In this document: in pieces, positions 62,378 through 64,000 of the stretch
Layout of the letters: every line of letters starts with the position of its first letter
How positions within the stretch are numbered: position 1 is the stretch's first letter
Assembly: GCF_964355755.1 (NCBI RefSeq)
Contig: NC_092672.1
Coordinates: 38,570,437-38,634,436, forward strand
From: Antedon mediterranea
Taxonomy: Eukaryota; Animalia; Echinodermata
Reading direction: 5' to 3'
DNA: 64,000 nucleotides
Notes under the pieces: model-generated
The model's database searches: none
What the model saw: the letters and a program-made list of their open reading frames with translations, nothing else
What the model was told of the DNA's origin: nothing
Program-made: the position numbers and the translations under genes

Positions 62378-64000
62378 TACGGTGGCCCACAACTGTCACG
62401 CACACTATAACACAGAATCACACAATTAAAGAAGGAATTACACAATTAAAGAAGGAATCACACAATTAAAGAAGAAATCGCACAATTAAAGAAGAAATCG
62501 CATATAAACAAAAGAAAGCATGAAAATATAAAACGAAATGCACAAATAAAGAAGAGCTAAGCACAATTAAAGAAGTCCGCAACAAATTCGAAAGCTCCTC
62601 GCACAATTAAAGAAGTCCGCAACAAATTCGAAAGCTCCTCGCACAATTAAAGAAGTCCGCAACAAATTCGAAAGCTACTCGCACAATTAAAGAAGTCCGC
62701 AACAAATTAAAGTACAGTAGTCCGTATGGAACGCCATCGCTGCCTCCGGCAGCAAACTTAATTCTATTCGGCTCTTTTACTATTACGTTCGGCTCTTTTA
62801 GCATTCGGCGCATTTCTATTCGGCCCATTTACCATTACGTTCGGCTCTTTCAGCATTCGGCGCATTTCTATTTGGCCTATTTACCATTACGTTCGGCTCT
62901 TTCAGCATTCGGCGCATTTCTATTTGGCCCATTTACCATTACGTTCGGATCTTTCTGTATTGATTTGGCCCTTTTTTATTCGGCTCTTTCTGCATTACGT
63001 TCGGCTCTTATTGATTTGGCCCTTTTTTATACGGCGCAATTAAATTCTAACCTTTTACATGCGGTCAAATGGAAGAAAATCAACGGCTGGAAATGAGTCT
63101 ATGAAAAGTTTACAAAACAAATAGATGCAGCATGTAGAGTGTTTGGTTGGTTGAATTAAATGAATTTGAAAGCTATTTCAATATGACTAATCATGTTATT
63201 GACATGATTAATGTGTTAGAGAAGTTGCAATTGTCCCACCTTATTGACCATTTTGAGAGAGAAAAGGTTGATTTATGGCATAGGCTAGCTAGGCCTAGCC
63301 TAGTGTCAGCCTAACATTTAATAATAATAATTTACCCTTTCTCGCTCAAAATTTGTTAAAAGATGAATTAATTTTAGGTTATTCAACACATCTTTAATCG
63401 GTTGGCTACTCATGGTTGGCGCCATGATGATGAAATGTTTGTAAACTTTTCATAGAATCATTTCCAGTCGTTGATTTTCTTCCATTTGACCCCATGTCAA
63501 AGGTTAGATTTTAATTGCGCCATATAAAAAAATGCCGATTTAAAAAGAGCCCAACGTAATGCAGAAAGAGCCGAATATAAAAGGGCCGAATCAAAAAGAG
63601 CCGAACGCAATGTTAAATGGGCCGAATAAAAAAGAGCCGAATGCTGAAAGAGCCGAACGTAATGGTAAATGGGCCAAATAGAAATGCGCCGAATGCTGAA
63701 AGAGCCGAACGTAATGGTAAATGGGCCGAATAGCGCCGAATGGTAAAAGAGCCGAACGTAATAGAATTAAAGCTTGCTGCCGGAGGCAGCGATGGCGTTC
63801 CATACGGACTACTGTACTTTAATTGTGCGAGGAACATTCGAATTTGTTGCGGACTTCTTTAATTGTGCGAGGAGCTTTTGATTTTGTTGCGAACTTCTTT
63901 AATTGTGCGAGGAGCTTTCGAATTTGTTGCGGACTTCTTTAATTAATTGTGCTTAGCTCTTCTTTAATTGCGCGTTTCTTTATTTGTGCATTTCGTTTTA
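62378..64000. mobile_element. Large foldback element with modular sub-repeats (runs off the window)
   Basis: The inner part of the left arm (62378-~63119) is mirrored by the right arm ~63436-64000. Internal 20-, 40- and 52-bp tandem units, start TACGGTGGCC. Confidence 0.8.

Noticed and set aside
62607-63837. Short ORFs with repeated HLPLRSALSAFG peptides
   Set aside because: Translations of the 52-bp sub-repeats of the foldback element.

Overview
AT-rich, gene-dense eukaryotic genomic DNA with GT-AG spliced genes, inferred to be a marine invertebrate, possibly a deuterostome. In order, the window holds the 3' end of an unidentified gene (+), SNRPD3 (-), DPH1 (+), GLE1 (-), a DUF4807/F58A4.6-like gene (-), NUP88 (+), AIP (-), an acidic orphan gene (+), a LIAT1-like gene (-), EXO5 (+), SRRD (+) and PHKG (-). 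Introns are crowded with transposons: a decayed AcademX, an AcademH-like non-autonomous element, a MULE-like foldback with a nested RTE, L2/CR1/RTE fragments, SINEs, and Kolobok-, hAT-, Harbinger-, piggyBac- and Helentron-like MITEs. The most unusual signals are: (1) a 37-copy 68-bp tandem array in PHKG that repeats the kinase HRDLK exon end together with its 5' splice site; (2) a tight GLE1-DUF4807-NUP88 cluster; (3) a probable U12-type intron in SRRD; (4) an orphan protein with a thrice-repeated motif; (5) AGGCCTAG palindromes concentrated near gene 5' ends. Gene models were read by eye and protein identities come from recalled motifs; no database searches were run.
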